Assembly: GCA_051294375.1 (NCBI GenBank) | Contig: CM119267.1 | Location: 14,811,694 to 14,875,693 of the forward strand | Origin: Paraspadella gotoi | Taxonomy: Eukaryota; Animalia; Chaetognatha | Reading direction: 5' to 3' | Length of the DNA: 64,000 nucleotides | In this document: one piece after another, positions 1 through 13,615 of the stretch | Numbering within the stretch: the stretch's first letter is position 1 | Layout of the letters: every line of letters begins with the position of its first letter | Program-made: the position numbers and the translations under genes | Notes under the pieces: generated by a model | The model's input: only the letters and a program-made list of their open reading frames with translations | Told to the model about the DNA's origin: nothing | The model's database searches: none

Positions 1-249
1 TTCCAATTTTCTATGGGGCTCTCCATCGACCATTTTTCTCTTTGTCTCTTCTTTTTATCCTCATTGTGAACCTAATTTTTTTTTCGTGGATTCCATTCCA
101 TAGTTCGTCTTGTTTACCGTACCTTGACCCAATCAATTTTTCGTTTCACAGAAATGCGTTGATCGTCGATCGATGGAACCATCTTCTCCGGACATCCTTC
201 GCCAGGGAATGGAATCCTTCGACGATTAAACCTCAACTTCCGCCCGACG

Positions 250-2119
250 ATGGACAAAACGGCATCGAAATCGCATCCGGCGTCTCTCGCGACGCGGGCG
301 TGGCTCCTGGCGTCGACGGCCGCGCTGCTGGCGGCGTCGGGCGGCGCGGTCCGCGTCGAACGTCACCTGGCGGTGGAGGGCGAGGACGCGGCCTTCGTGG
401 CGGTCGGCGGCGGCGCGTGGATCCGCCTTCCGCAAGAGGGCAACGGGAACCTCGCCTTCCAGATGCTCAGCTCAGACGGAGAGAACGTCATCGACGCTTC
501 CGTAGACAAGAAGAAATTCATCTTTAAAAAGATGGAGAGTGGAAAGTGAGAGAGAGGGGGTCTGAGGGGGTCTGAGGGGGTTGCGAAAGTGGGGTCGGGC
601 TGGGTTAAGTCACTCTTTAATTCTGACTCGATGAAAGATTTCTAAAGGGACAAGTGATGAGAATTGGCGGTTAGTAGGAAGATGATAGTAATGATTCATT
701 AGTCAGTAATGTCAATTCGGGTGGAACGGCTGGAAGACGAAGTGTCAGATGTGACGATGCCACATGTCAAGGATAACCTGTCATTAGGAAGAATCAAGGG
801 CGAGATTTTTGACTTCTTCCTTCTTTTTAACTAAATATTCTTTGACTTGAGAGAATCGTGCGATCAAATCTAATGGCATTTTTTCCATCCCAACGACCAA
901 TATCCGAATACTATTAATCATTTTTCCCCTTACCCCGAAACCCCCCGCCAAGATTCAAACTGATCATCAAGGGCGTGACGTTCGCCGACGCGGGAACCTA
1001 CGGATGCGGGAACAACTACAAGTTCGAACTGGAAGTCGTCACGAAACCCGAATGCGTCAAGTTGACCCACGATTTGTACGAGAATCAAATGACGAAGTTT
1101 CAGTGTCGATCCCGCGTCACGTCAACCGATCTCATCGTCCCGATGAACTGGACATTTAGGAAGAAGACCAAACAGGTTCGTCGAAAGGAGTCCAGGGATC
1201 TGGGATGAGCAATTGGAGGAGGGTCATTGGGCGAGAGTGGGCGGGTCTCGCGACGCTGGATTTCCGTTTGGTTTCGTGACGTTGATGGACAAGTCGTGGA
1301 AGACGTCGAATTGTTAAATGGTCCGAGTCATTTGTCGTCGTCGTCGTCGTCGTCGTCGTCAGATTTCACGCTGTCAGTCCATTCGTCTTCTTTGTTTTTG
1401 AAAAAAAAAAAAAAAAAAAAAAGATAAAAATTTCTCTTTTAATTTTTTTTCTCGTTATTTCTAATTGTCATTTTGAGTCGCATCGAATATGAAAGTCGAT
1501 GAATGACGACGATTGATGAAGAGAGTCTTTCCGCTTTTTTTCGATCTTTTTTTTTTTCAGTGATTAATAGACTTGAGGTGATTTAGTGTCAACTCGAGAC
1601 ATCGACAAATTTGTGGAAAAAAAAAGTTTACGGAACGGCTAAAGTCATATTTAATAAAAATTGATAAAATAGTTTTAAAAAATTATTACAGATGCACAAA
1701 AAAGATATGAAATTAGTATAATACTAAATAGATATTATTTTAATTTCGCGACGACCAGGGTTCCCTAAGTCAAGAGAAAGACTCTATCATCTCCTCCTAC
1801 GCTCTGACTCCGTCCATGGAAGACAACGGACAAGACCTGACCTGCGCATGGGCCGCGTCGACGGTTGGATCACCTCCAAGACCGCCGACGCCAAATGTCA
1901 CTTTGACGATCTCAACGTTCGCTTCAACCCGAGGTGCGTCGCTATCATCGTCGTCCCAATTTCTGGGTTCGGCCTATCGAAACCGGATTACTTTTTTTTA
2001 TTGGTTTCTTCTTTCTCTTTTCTTTTATCGTGTACTTTCGCTTACTAATGTTTGTCTGAGAATCAAGTCCGGTTTAACCCGATAAAAAATACTCTCTCTC
2101 TCTCTCTCTCTTCTCTCTC

Positions 2120-2156
<37 letters not shown>

Positions 2157-5100
2157 TCTCTCCTACTCTCTCGCCCCCATTAACCAGGTTGGAGTGCGAA
2201 CGAATTCAGCAGGTGTCGGAGAAGGACAAATTCTATCAAGTTTCCTGCACAATACTGTCGAATCCAATTATACCCAAGAAGAACATAAGCTGGTGAGGAA
2301 ATGACATACCTTTACTACTTTGCCCAAGAAGTAAAAATAAATCAGACGTTCGTGGGAAGTATTTGACACAGAGAGTGATTTGACAATATTGATTTCATTT
2401 ATTTTATGAAATTAGGTTAAATACATAAAATACGTATTTTAACTTCTGGAATTATTATGCGGAAGAATAAAAAACAGACAGTGGAATTTACAATGTAGGG
2501 ACAACCGATTTTGAAAAATTAAATCACTTCCTAAGATCAACATCACGTAATGGTATCAAACCAATCAGCTTTTACGGAAATGATTTTTATCTAAAGAACA
2601 GGCGTTATCATGAAGAGGTTGAAATACATAAATAACGAGAGAACTTGTCGTATGTCTGATAAACCTTAGCGTCTGTCATCACTTTCTCGGTCAATTTATC
2701 ATCGTATCCTCGATGTTTTGACGTTTTAGTGACACAGTTACTACTAGATTTCTGACTTCCCTCTTTAGGTACATGGTGAACGACGCAAACATGCGCGAAA
2801 GTATGGAGGTCCGTCTACTCGAATTCGACGTCATGAACAATGGCGTCAAAATCGTCGTGGCTGTTCCCAAGTCCATCATTTCTCCACGGTTAGTGAATGG
2901 ATCGGGGGGGAGGACAATGGTTTGTAGGATAAGTGAAGAGAATGCAAAAGGCTTGAGGGAGAATGAGAAACACAGAAAAGGAGCGGTGGAATTAGAAACG
3001 ATTTTTTAAGAAGATTTAAGAAAATAGAGTTTTAAACTTGAGGAAACTACGTTCTAAAAAAAGGGATCGAGGAATCAAATTTACCAAATTTCCTATCTCA
3101 ATTTTTCTCTCCCTCCCACTTATCTCCCCATTAAATCCCCAACCTCTCTTCCCTCTCTCTGTCCTATCTACCCATCCATCCATCCCTTTCTCCAGGTACC
3201 CATATCAAACAGTCGTGGTCCACGCCAAGGGAGAATCGGAGAGCGCCACGAAGAACGTCATGCTGGAGCTGCTGTACTCGCCCAAGATCCACTGCCCCAA
3301 GCAGCGCGTCGTTTCGCTCTCTCTCCCGACCTACCAAGTCTCCTGCGAGATCCTAGCCAACCCGATGGTCAACCTCGAGAACATCACGTGGTCGTTTCAG
3401 AACCACTCGAGGAAGATCGGGGATCAGATGCACGACAACCGAGTTATTCAGGCAAGACTGTCCTTCAGTAATCAGAAGGGAAAACGACAGAGACGCCGAA
3501 GATCCATTTTAATTAATAACGATTTAAAAATTAATAATAATCACTAATATAAGAAAAGAGCAAGAAATAAAAAGAGCAATAAATAAAAATCGGCTACAAT
3601 AAAGAAATAAGATTGGGCAACTTAATTAAATTAAATACAAATTTTCGGACTTGAATTGAAAATTATTCTGCTACAATTTCAACCTCATCATCTCCTTTCA
3701 AACTTCAGGGCGGCATGCGCATCATCATGACCCTGGACGAGGACATGATGTCGGGATTCCAGGACAAGACCGTGGAGTTTCTCAAAGTCAGCGTGGATGG
3801 GCCCGATTATGGTCGCGTGGTTCAGCACGCGGTCGCCCTCCGAGGGATCGTTGTCATCGACGAAAAAACCGATAAGGACGTCGATTGGACGCAAAACCTC
3901 GACGGGGAATTGCAGAACGAGGAGCGACCCAAGGAAAAGAGGCGAGTCGAACGCATTGTTAAAGAAGTGTAACGGAATCAATCGGTAGTGTTAGGAAATA
4001 AACTATAAGAATATAATATAATAAAACTATTTGAAATTATTAGCGAATTCTAAATATATAATAATATATATTCTTAATTAAAATTAGGATACACCTTACG
4101 CAACATTTCATTTCCAGGAACGTATTCGGCATTTTCTTCAAGATCCCCGAGTTGGGAATCAAGGAATACTTTATCCTCGGTTGCGGCGCCTTCGTCCTCG
4201 TGCTGCTCATTATATTCCTCATGATGCTGCACGCGAAGGGAATCATCTGCGGCGGATCTCAAAAGGTAAGAAACGAGTCGATCTCCATTTAATTGAGGGA
4301 AAAAAGAAAACTGGACAAACTTGTTACAATTTTACGCTATGACTAATCAAAAAGACTGAGGACATTTTTCTTCCGCGATCCGCGAAACTAGTAATTATGA
4401 CGAGTTACAACCTGGGAACTCCGTCGACGACACTTTTAGATTGATGGAAGCCAGAATCGAGCTTGCTTTGACATTGTGACAGTTACGCGCTTTTACTTTT
4501 AATTGCCTAGTAATATAATTACCACTCGAAGTTTCAATTATTGATTGTAACACACTCGATCAAGTTTTCTGCATTATTTTGAACTAGATTGCTAAGCTGA
4601 AGAAAGATTTTAACTGACCTTTAAATGGAATGAAGAAACAGCACCTTGAGAATATTGAGTAATTCCTTAGCAGTCATCAGTCAAATTACAATAACATAAA
4701 TTGCTCAGATCAAACCGTACATCCAGTACAAGGAACGGCGGGCCAACTGGCACATGCCGGCCTACAACATCGTCAAATCGACGAACGAGGAGGATCTCTC
4801 CATCTCCCATCTCGACGTCGACATGGATGACATCCCACCGCCTCCGCCGCCGCCGCCACGGGCGCCGACACCACCGCCAGCGCCGCCGCCGGGGCCAACG
4901 GCTTTGGAACAGGCCGCCGCCATCGCGTCCGGTGGTCACGTGGAGGGACCAGGAGGAAAGCACAGGCGTCGAAAAGGATCTAAGAGCGCGCAAAACTCGC
5001 CTGCGGGGGGTCACCACAAGGGTGAGTAGAGAAGATGGTCTTTTGTTGAGTTGAATTCCGTTTGTTTGTTATAATTTCACGAGTAGAGTCAATTTAAAAG

Positions 5101-5846
5101 TAATCAACCAAACCTTTCCTTAAAACTTTAATCTTCAATAGGTCACCACAAATCTAAGCAATCCCCGGGCCGACAAAACGGACACTGCCACGTCCCTCCG
5201 CCGCCGCCACCGCCGTCGGCTTCCAAATCCGGCAAGTCGGCCAAGGAGGCTTGCATCTCGGCGCCGGTCAGCGCCTGTTCCACTCCCTGGCATTACCAGG
5301 AACCTGGCGCCGGAAAAAGCGGATCTTATGGAAACCTAACCGAGGATGAAAACTGGCAGAACGGATTCAGGTTGGCGGAAGAAATATTTTAGTCTAAGAC
5401 AGTCAGACCAATCGAGGAACGGATGGGCACGATATACTGTATAGTAATATCATATCGTCGGTGTCCGGAGGGAAGCCTCTTCTCTGATTGGACAATCAGA
5501 AGTAAAGTCAGAGAAACCAAGCGAGGCTGGCTCCTTTACAATGAATTCTATTATTTAGATGTACATACTATATAATAAATAATAATATCTTACATAGATT
5601 CAGATATTTTCCATTCCTCTTCCCTATAGCAAAATGAGCGCGGCTCTTCGAACCAAAGACAACGACATGGACGGATACTTAACAACGGACGAAGTCATGA
5701 GCGTCGTCGACTCTTACAACATGGTGTATCGACTCGGACTCGGGCGCGACCGAGTCGAGGAGGCCCTGCGGACCTGCTCCAACGGCACCGTCGTCGACTA
5801 CGAGACCCTGCTGCACATGCTGAAGCAACTCTCCGGACACGTCTGA
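250..5846 (+). CDS. Ig-superfamily type I membrane protein (signal peptide, about 4 Ig-like domains, TM, Pro-rich tail, C-terminal EF-hand domain), about 775 aa
   Basis: Exons 250-545, 953-1175, 1759-1933, 2188-2292, 2769-2888, 3196-3451 (GC donor), 3709-3968, 4118-4265, 4727-5021, 5142-5370, 5630-5846. Phases are compatible except for one apparent indel in exon 3. Motifs: hydrophobic N-terminus RAWLLASTAALLAA; Ig motifs LIIKGVTFADAGTYGC, EDNGQDLTC, VSCTILSNP..ISW and VSCEILANP..ITW; TM YFILGCGAFVLVLLIIFLMML; poly-Pro tracts; EF-hand loop DNDMDGYLTTDE. Confidence 0.75.
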
Positions 5847-7274
5847 TTGGTTTTTATTTTGTTATTTTTTTTTCGTGAGCGCGGGGAAAGGTGTCCGTCA
5901 GGTTCAAAAATTAAAACTGCTGCTGAGCGTCAAAGGTTACTCCAAAATCGAATGAAATACGGTTATGCAGCACCTCTCAGGGTATACTGCGCTTTAATGC
6001 GGCGGAAGTCGCTTGCTTTCCGTTTTTTTCCCCTTTGTTTTTAAATCCTAATATATATCGGTAAAAACTGTTTACGTTCGACAGCAGAAAAAATAACCTA
6101 TTGTAAATACCCTCAATCTTTTGCGCAGCATGACACCAAGTTAGATATGACAGACTAAACATGTAAAGATGATCATACAATGTTTTCACCTAGAATAGCG
6201 TTACGTGTTTCCTTATATTGTTTTTTTCCACGGATTGAACAATCAAGACGGAAAATGATTTAAATTCGATTCTGGCTCAGCAAGATACGAGGTTCTAAGC
6301 GGAAATCGTAGCGAACGAAATTATAATTTTGAAAATTCCTCTTGAAGGTTCAACTTTTCCGATAAATTTTTTCAATTTATTCATAGGGGCCCGATTATGT
6401 TATGAAATATCGTTTTATTCGTAATTTTAAAAATCCAAATCCTTTTTTTTTCTCTCCATGTAAACAACAGTTATTCCAAATGTTTTTTTGAAAAAAACTA
6501 CTTAATCACTCCCATTCTAAAATCATGTAATATTTATCTACGTTTTCTTGGTGAACGCGTAGACGTTTAAGTATTTAGCGAACCTGATTCAGACAGGCCT
6601 GCTACTATTTTGAGCGATATACTCACACGAGAATCCCACAAAAATGCATTACACTGTAATTTAGAGTATTACTCTTCAAATAAGAAAGACGTTTTCGAAA
6701 CCATTTTTTCCCTTCGACCGCGAATCTCTTAGAGATCCTAAATTTCATTTTTTTGTTCGTTTCGCCCGTGATCGGGAGTATGTCAAGCGTGTAGACAACT
6801 TATTCATTAGCATAATTCCTATTCATGTTACGACAGCGTGAAACCTACGAGGAACATTCGTCGACCATCGAATTGTCCTGTTTTTTTATTTCCCTTTTTT
6901 TTCTCTCTCTTTCCAAACTTTCGAAACCTGATAACCCCGTTGTCTCCGAGTCACGTTTGATTGTCTCTCAGTAATTTTCTTCTTTCTCGTAACACGGGCA
7001 TGTTTTTAATTTTTCGTTTTTCATTTAAAAAAAAAAAAGAAACTGTTTTGTTTTGTGTGAGCCAACCGTGTGTATTGTTATCGTATTACGATCAGTACTT
7101 AATCTGGAAATAAAAACATTTTAAAAAAATGCTGGGAATCTATTTCGGGCTCGAGGAACCGATAAATAGATAGACAAAGGCCTCTCTTTGCCATTTCGCG
7201 GTTGTTCCCTTCTTGATCGCCATGTCCCATTCCGACTGCCCAATTCATCACCCCACCCTACCTCTACCACTCAC

Positions 7275-7568
7275 CCCTCCACCTCCGTTCCGCCTTCCTT
7301 CCCTCGACTTGACCACCTCAGAATTCCTCCTATTGCAGGCGGAGGCGACGGAGCGTTGGAAGGCGGGCGAGGAGAAGATCTCCTCTTGATGCCGCAACAG
7401 ATAGGAGGAATAGTTCTTCACGTGGTTGTTGATGGCGGCGTACTTGGCGTAGTCGAACCTTTCGTCAGGTTCGAAGGCGTCGGGAAGGCCCAGGAGGTCG
7501 TCCAGGCCGTTGGAGGCGGCGGAATTGTCATCCTCCATTATGGGCTGTAGGAGGGTGGGTTTCCACAT
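7275..7568 (-). CDS. Probable coding exon of an unidentified gene (5' exon)
   Basis: GC-rich open frame MWKPTLLQPIMEDDNSAASNGLDDLLGLPDAFEPDERFDYAKYAAINNH..., ending at a GTGAGT donor near 7274. No downstream partner exon was identified. Confidence 0.4.
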
Positions 7569-8579
7569 TCTCGTCGAAATGGAGACGGGTTTAGGGTGAA
7601 GAGGGTAGATTATTATGCGTCAGTAATCGGTGATTGCAACGATTTAAGTTTCCAGAGTAATCCGTGAATTGTCGCTTTCAAATATAGCGGCGAAAAAAAA
7701 AACGTAAACAAATAAATCTCTGTCGCGCGAATAAAATCCTTTAGGGTCGCGGGTCCAAGGTTGGCGCCACGAGCCACTCCGGCGTCGTTTCTGTCTTCGA
7801 TCGCATTTTGTTTACTCTTCAAATTATCCCGCCAAAGATAGGGAGAAGGAGTCGAAGGTCGCAGGTTTTTGTCCTCCTTTTTTTTTTTTTGCGCTCGAAC
7901 GGAGAAAGGAAGAAATAATCAATGATTCATAATGTCTCCCCTGTTTGCGCATTGGATTAGAGCTCGATGCGGAAAAAGCCTTCGCTCATCGGAGAGACCC
8001 CAAAAAATAAAGAATTCCGTTTTGAGATCGTCACTCCGGTGCGAGAGAAGTGGCTCACTCCGAGGAGGACGCTTGGAAATTGCACTTCGGTGAGGAGTTG
8101 TAGGATCCACTCCGGTTCGTGAGGAGTTTGCCAACGGTTGCGCTCTGAGAAAAAAACAGGGTCGCAGCGGGCTTCCTCCTTCCTTGTGTGCGGAACAAGA
8201 AAAAAAATTTTTTTCTCTGGGTAGAGTTTTAGAATTGGCGTTTTATTTTTTCGGTCTTCTGTTAATTTTTTTCGTTGTTGTTATCGGAAAAGGATCGACT
8301 TTAGCCTTTTCGTTTCCGCCGAGTGACTTTTGTTTTCAAATAGAGGTTTTGGTTGTTTGTATTACCGTAAGATCGAGTGCGTTCCGGGGATTGTTTGTTT
8401 TCGTTTCGGGTACAAACGAGAATGAGAATGTTGGCGTCAGAAAAAGTTCGTCGATCGAGAATCAAACCTGAAAAATTAGGAAACGAAACTCCTTCTCTGT
8501 CGTGTTCACTCGCTCTCCCTCTCATCCAGGATGTTGTTAAAATCAATGGCGTTGAAAGGAATGGTTCGGTGTACGAGAA

Positions 8580-9008
8580 ACAGAGAGAGAGAGAAAGAAG
8601 AAGGAGAGAGAGAGAGAGAGATTACCTAGTATTAATCGGAGCGGGAAAAATGAAAATGAATGGTTGTGCTCTGGCAAAGCTTGTCATCAAAAAACGAGTT
8701 TAATGCATCTCAATTCAATGTTGTACGCTTGAAGAATCAAAGGAATGATAGAAAGAACAAAATAAAAAAAATAAAATAAAATAAAAAGAAAAAAAAAGAA
8801 AAAGGGGGAAAAAAAACCTGAAAAACTTAAAAAGAGAAGAATTACGCGAGTTTCCAACTGAGACAACGTCTGCTAGTTGGATTCAAATCGCGAGCGAGGT
8901 GTATTGGAAAATTAAGTCCAGTTTTTAATTGAGATCTGTTCAGTGGTACGCGTAGATAATTTTGAAGCGAGCCTCGATAGGAAGTAAGGAAGAAATTCCT
9001 CAGGAGGG

Positions 9009-9095
<87 letters not shown>

Positions 9096-9536
9096 GGTTA
9101 GAATTTGCCAAAGGCCAAAGCCCAGCGTTGAAAAATTGCCATATAGCACTCCTTTTGAAAAAAAATAATTTCGAAAAGTGATGATTGGAATAAATTGTGG
9201 CGACGGGAGACAGAAATGAGCGAAGAGAATTGATTTCTTATCAGAAAAAGGTTACAATTTAGCATCTCAAAGAGAGAGAAGAGGAGGGAGAGAAGAGGAG
9301 AGAGAGAGAAGAGAGAAGGGAGAAGGAAGAAGAGAAGGAGAGAAGAGAGAGAGAGAGGTCGTAATCTGAACAGTTTTACTAAAGGCTGGTCTCGATTCTT
9401 CAAGCAGCACCACGTCACTTGGAATCGGGAAATGGCGCAACGTCGAGAAAATGAAACGAGTCAAGCGTCCCACCTGGAATGCGAATCCTGAAGAAAACAA
9501 ACCAGCGGGAAGAAGGGAGAAAACTAAAGAAAGAAA

Positions 9537-9611
<75 letters not shown>

Positions 9612-10079
9612 CAGCGTTTGTAGACGAAAATGAAACTGAGTTGCAATCAGAATAAAGAATTAGGGGCTTAAACGTGAACCCAGTGAGGATCGTGGAACGA
9701 AATGCAAAGAAAATAAAAGAAACAAACAGAAAAGAGAAAGAAAGAGAAGAAAGATGAAAAAAAAAACAAAGTCGGGAAAGGAAAAATAAACAAAAAGGGT
9801 AAGAAAAAATAAAGAAGAGAAAGAAAGGTCGTAAGAAAAAAATAAAAATAATTAAGAAGCGGCGGAGAAAGCAAAAACCAAACGTGAAAAGAATTAATGA
9901 ATCCTCTAAATTCGTGAAAAAACGTGAGAAAAAGATCTCCGTCACAATAATAACAGTAAAGAAAAAAGAAAACACTAGGGGGAATTTCTGGTAGAAAAAA
10001 AAAGGACATTGAAGGTAAATCTAAAAAAATTTCAGAAGGGATGAAAGGAGAGAGGGAAAATCAAACAGAGAGAGAGAGA

Positions 10080-10143
<64 letters not shown>

Positions 10144-11379
10144 AGACAACACAGTACCGCAAAACAATGTCGAAAATCGACGAAAGAAGAAACTGAGCGA
10201 ATCTGTCTAAATATTTCTGGAATCTTTTTTTCCTTCAGAGGAAAAAAATATAACAAAAATACAGATTAAAAAAAAGACAAATCGATCGTCAAAAGAGAGA
10301 GAGAGAGAGAGATTTATGAGAGAGAGAGGAAAGAGAGGAGAGAAGAGAGTTTAACAAGGGAGAGAGAGAATATAGGATCAACAACACTCGATGATAGATC
10401 GATTACTGAATGAAAAAAACACATTACATCGAAAACGATTGTAGATGGAAAAAGAATAAACAACCACAATTATTTGACAACGAAGAAAATAGAGAAAAGT
10501 GAAGAGAGTTTCCGTGCTCGAGAACGCAAGTCTCTTATCGATCCCCGACTGCGCATATATGATCCATGAGGCCGAGTTAGTTTTCTTTTTTTTTATTTCC
10601 CTTTTTCCGAAGAAAAAGCATCACGCAACTCTTTTCGAATCTGAGCAACGGGCACAAAGTCCTTCAAGACCTAGTATTTTGTTTTTTCGTCGGACAAATT
10701 ACCGAGTTGTCTCGAAGGCGAGGGCGAGTGCGGGTAGGAGGGGGAGAAAAATAAATCTTTCTTGCTGACAGGAAGCTATTTTGTTAAAAAATTAAGACTT
10801 GGCTCTTTACGTTATTAAAAGGGAGCTTTTTGTTTGACGATGAATTATAGAATTGGAATGTATAAAAAATATGTTAAAAAAAATATTGTTGAGGCAGGTT
10901 TGTTAAGAAAAAAAAATATAAAAAGGGCGGGAAGAATTTTGAAAAAAATTAGAGAAATATAGTATTAAAGAAGTGCCGAAAGATCGAAAGATAAATGGAG
11001 GAGAGAGACAAAAGAACACAACTAACTTCTTGAGAAAAGACCTTGGAAAAAGTAAAAACAAAAAGGCACAAAGTCCCGAGCCCAAATGATGAATGAGAGG
11101 GAAAAAGTTATTAAAAGAAAACCATCCCGACTTAACAGCCGGGGGGAAGAGGGAGAAAGGAAAAACAGAATATATATTATTGGAAGTTTTAATCTTCGGC
11201 CGATATAGAGGGACGCTAGATTTAAATTTTTTAAAAATGTAAAAAAAAAAATGGAGAGAGAGAGAGAGGTGATGATATTTGGCAGAATGGCGCTCAACCC
11301 GCCGGGAATTTTGGACGATAACGAGGAGAGAGGAAAAGATAAACGAGGGGGAAGAGGAAGAGAACCTGACGGAAGGGGG

Positions 11380-11439
<60 letters not shown>

Positions 11440-11840
11440 GAGAGAGAGAGAGCGGAGAGAGATGTACCGTCTGCTAACAACCGGTAACTCGTCGTGATCA
11501 GGGATTGCGGGGCTTGCCGTGGCTTTGTCGACGTGCTTCGTAAGCCTTTGAGTTCGACTCTTGGTCGTTGAGAGCGAAAGGGAACGAGAAATGAGGATCG
11601 GGGGGGAAAAAGAGAGAGAGAAGAAGAGATGAGATAGAGAAGTGAGAAGAGAGAAGAGAGGGACAGAGAGAGGAGGAGAAAAAAGGAACAAACAAGAAAA
11701 AAAAGAAAGAGAAAAAAAGAAGAAAAGAAGAAAAAACAAATTCGACCAGAGCGAGGAAGGGAAAGAAACGACAAAGAAAGAAATCAAAAAGAGAAAAGAG
11801 AAAGAAAAAGGGTTCAGACAAGGAGAAGAGAGGAGAGAGA
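8580..11840. repeat. Purine-rich low-complexity zone with many (GA)n microsatellites
   Basis: (GA)n runs at about 8582, 9012, 9270, 9545, 10066, 10295 and 11381, among A/G-rich tracts. These explain the spurious RE/SL ORFs. Confidence 0.9.
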
Positions 11841-13615
11841 AACCCAAATGCCGTTACTTAGCTTATCGTACAATTGCCTGCACCTCGCGCGCGAAGCCGG
11901 TAAGCCAAAAGAGAAATTCGAATTATAACGAACGACCGAATTCTTTCCGCGAGTTTTAATTTTTTTTTTAATTTAAAGGATGAAGCGATGATCGCGATCA
12001 AAGTCAAACTCGATAAGAAACATCATTCGATCCCTCAACTAAAAAAAAAAAAAAATGGCGAAAGAAAATCATAGCATTGCAAGTTGAAGGCTAATCAATA
12101 ATCCGCCGCTTAAAAGAGAAGGAGATCGAGGGTGAAAATATGTCAACAATTGGGTAGTATTAATTATACATTAAGTAATGAAAGGAAGAAAATTGATGAT
12201 CTAGTATTTGGAAAATAATGTAAACAACCAGTTTTAGGGATTTTTTTTTTTTTTTTTGGGGGGGTGGTTGTTTCATGCAAAGTTTACAACCGAGATTTCA
12301 ACATCATGGATTCATGATCGCTTTTTTACCGACGAAAAAACCAGTGGCTGCGCCAATACATGTAAATCACTTTCAAGGGCTTAAACTGAACTGTTACGCA
12401 GCTTTAATAACATTTTTGTACTTGCAAAAATATATTATAAATCAAAACAATATTATTTTTGTTTCGATATATGATATATGATTAAAAAAGACATAAAATA
12501 AGAAATAGAATAAAAAAAAAACAAAATATTTGTTAAAAAAATAAGATTTAAGATACTAAAAATTATAAAAAAATTGCTATTTTGTTGAAGAGCAGGTGCA
12601 AGTGAAGATTTAGTGGGCGAGATAAAAGTTTATTTTAAATATTTTTTTATCTTACAAAAGCTTTCTTGTTTGTAGAGCCTTCTAGTAGAATAGGGTGGAA
12701 AACATAAAAAAATTTAATAAGACTGTAGTTAGTAACGTGACCTTTGACCCTAAGCGACAAATCCTCCTAATAGGAAAGGAAAAGTTAAATAGACAGGAAA
12801 AAATTGAAAAAAAAAAACAAACAATATATTACATTTCAGGGGTGAAGTAGATCACTCAAGTAAGTGATTTACAAAAACGAACATCTATGAAAATTAGGTT
12901 AATGGCAGGCAGGCAGAAACCAAAGGAAGATTATCGTAAATTAAAGTGGTAATAACGAATAATAATGATAATAATAAAAAAAATTCTTCAGTAAAACTCC
13001 AAATGACCTTTAACTTTAAAGTGACACCTAACCGATGACACGAATTCAACAAATGACTAAAAATGAAATAACGAAAAAAAAATGCAACAAAGAGATCAGT
13101 TCTTCTGATTTAAAAATCGAAAAAACTTGTAAGGATCCTCGCAAAGTAATAAAAAAAAGTGTCTGGAGGACATCAAACATTTTTAAAAGACGAAGCGCCG
13201 CAGCAACATTTGAAAAAAAAGGAGAAAAAAAAAAAAAAAACAGAAAAAAAATCGGGACCGCGCGAGGAATTCGAAGCGGTCACTCTATTCGTCGGGCGAC
13301 CGGTTCACTCGTCGGCCAGCTCCGACCCTCGGCGGACTTGAAAGAATTCGTCAATTTCTATTAGACTCGACGTTGGCAAAACAAACAATATCGTCGTTCT
13401 GCATCCCATAGAATATTTCGTGATTAGGTCGATAGTTTGCGGGCGCTCTGACGTGGACTTCATCAGATTAGGGCTTTNNNNNNNNNNACGTTTTCTGCCG
13501 TCGAGGCTTAAGTGAGTAATAGAAACGGTAGGCACAGTGAGGTGAGTTCTGATCATCGATCACCAATCTCCCGATTCCCGCTGGCCGAAAATTCTGAAAG
13601 TCGACNNNNNNNNNN

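Noticed and set aside
42-527. 161-aa ORF overlapping the Ig gene start
   Set aside because: Shadow frame of a GC-rich exon; the 250-545 frame has the signal peptide and an in-phase donor.
8377-11959. Long ORFs rich in RERE, SLSL or F (e.g. 10903-11847, 11022-11774)
   Set aside because: Translations of (GA)n/(TC)n and A-rich tracts; no domain signal.
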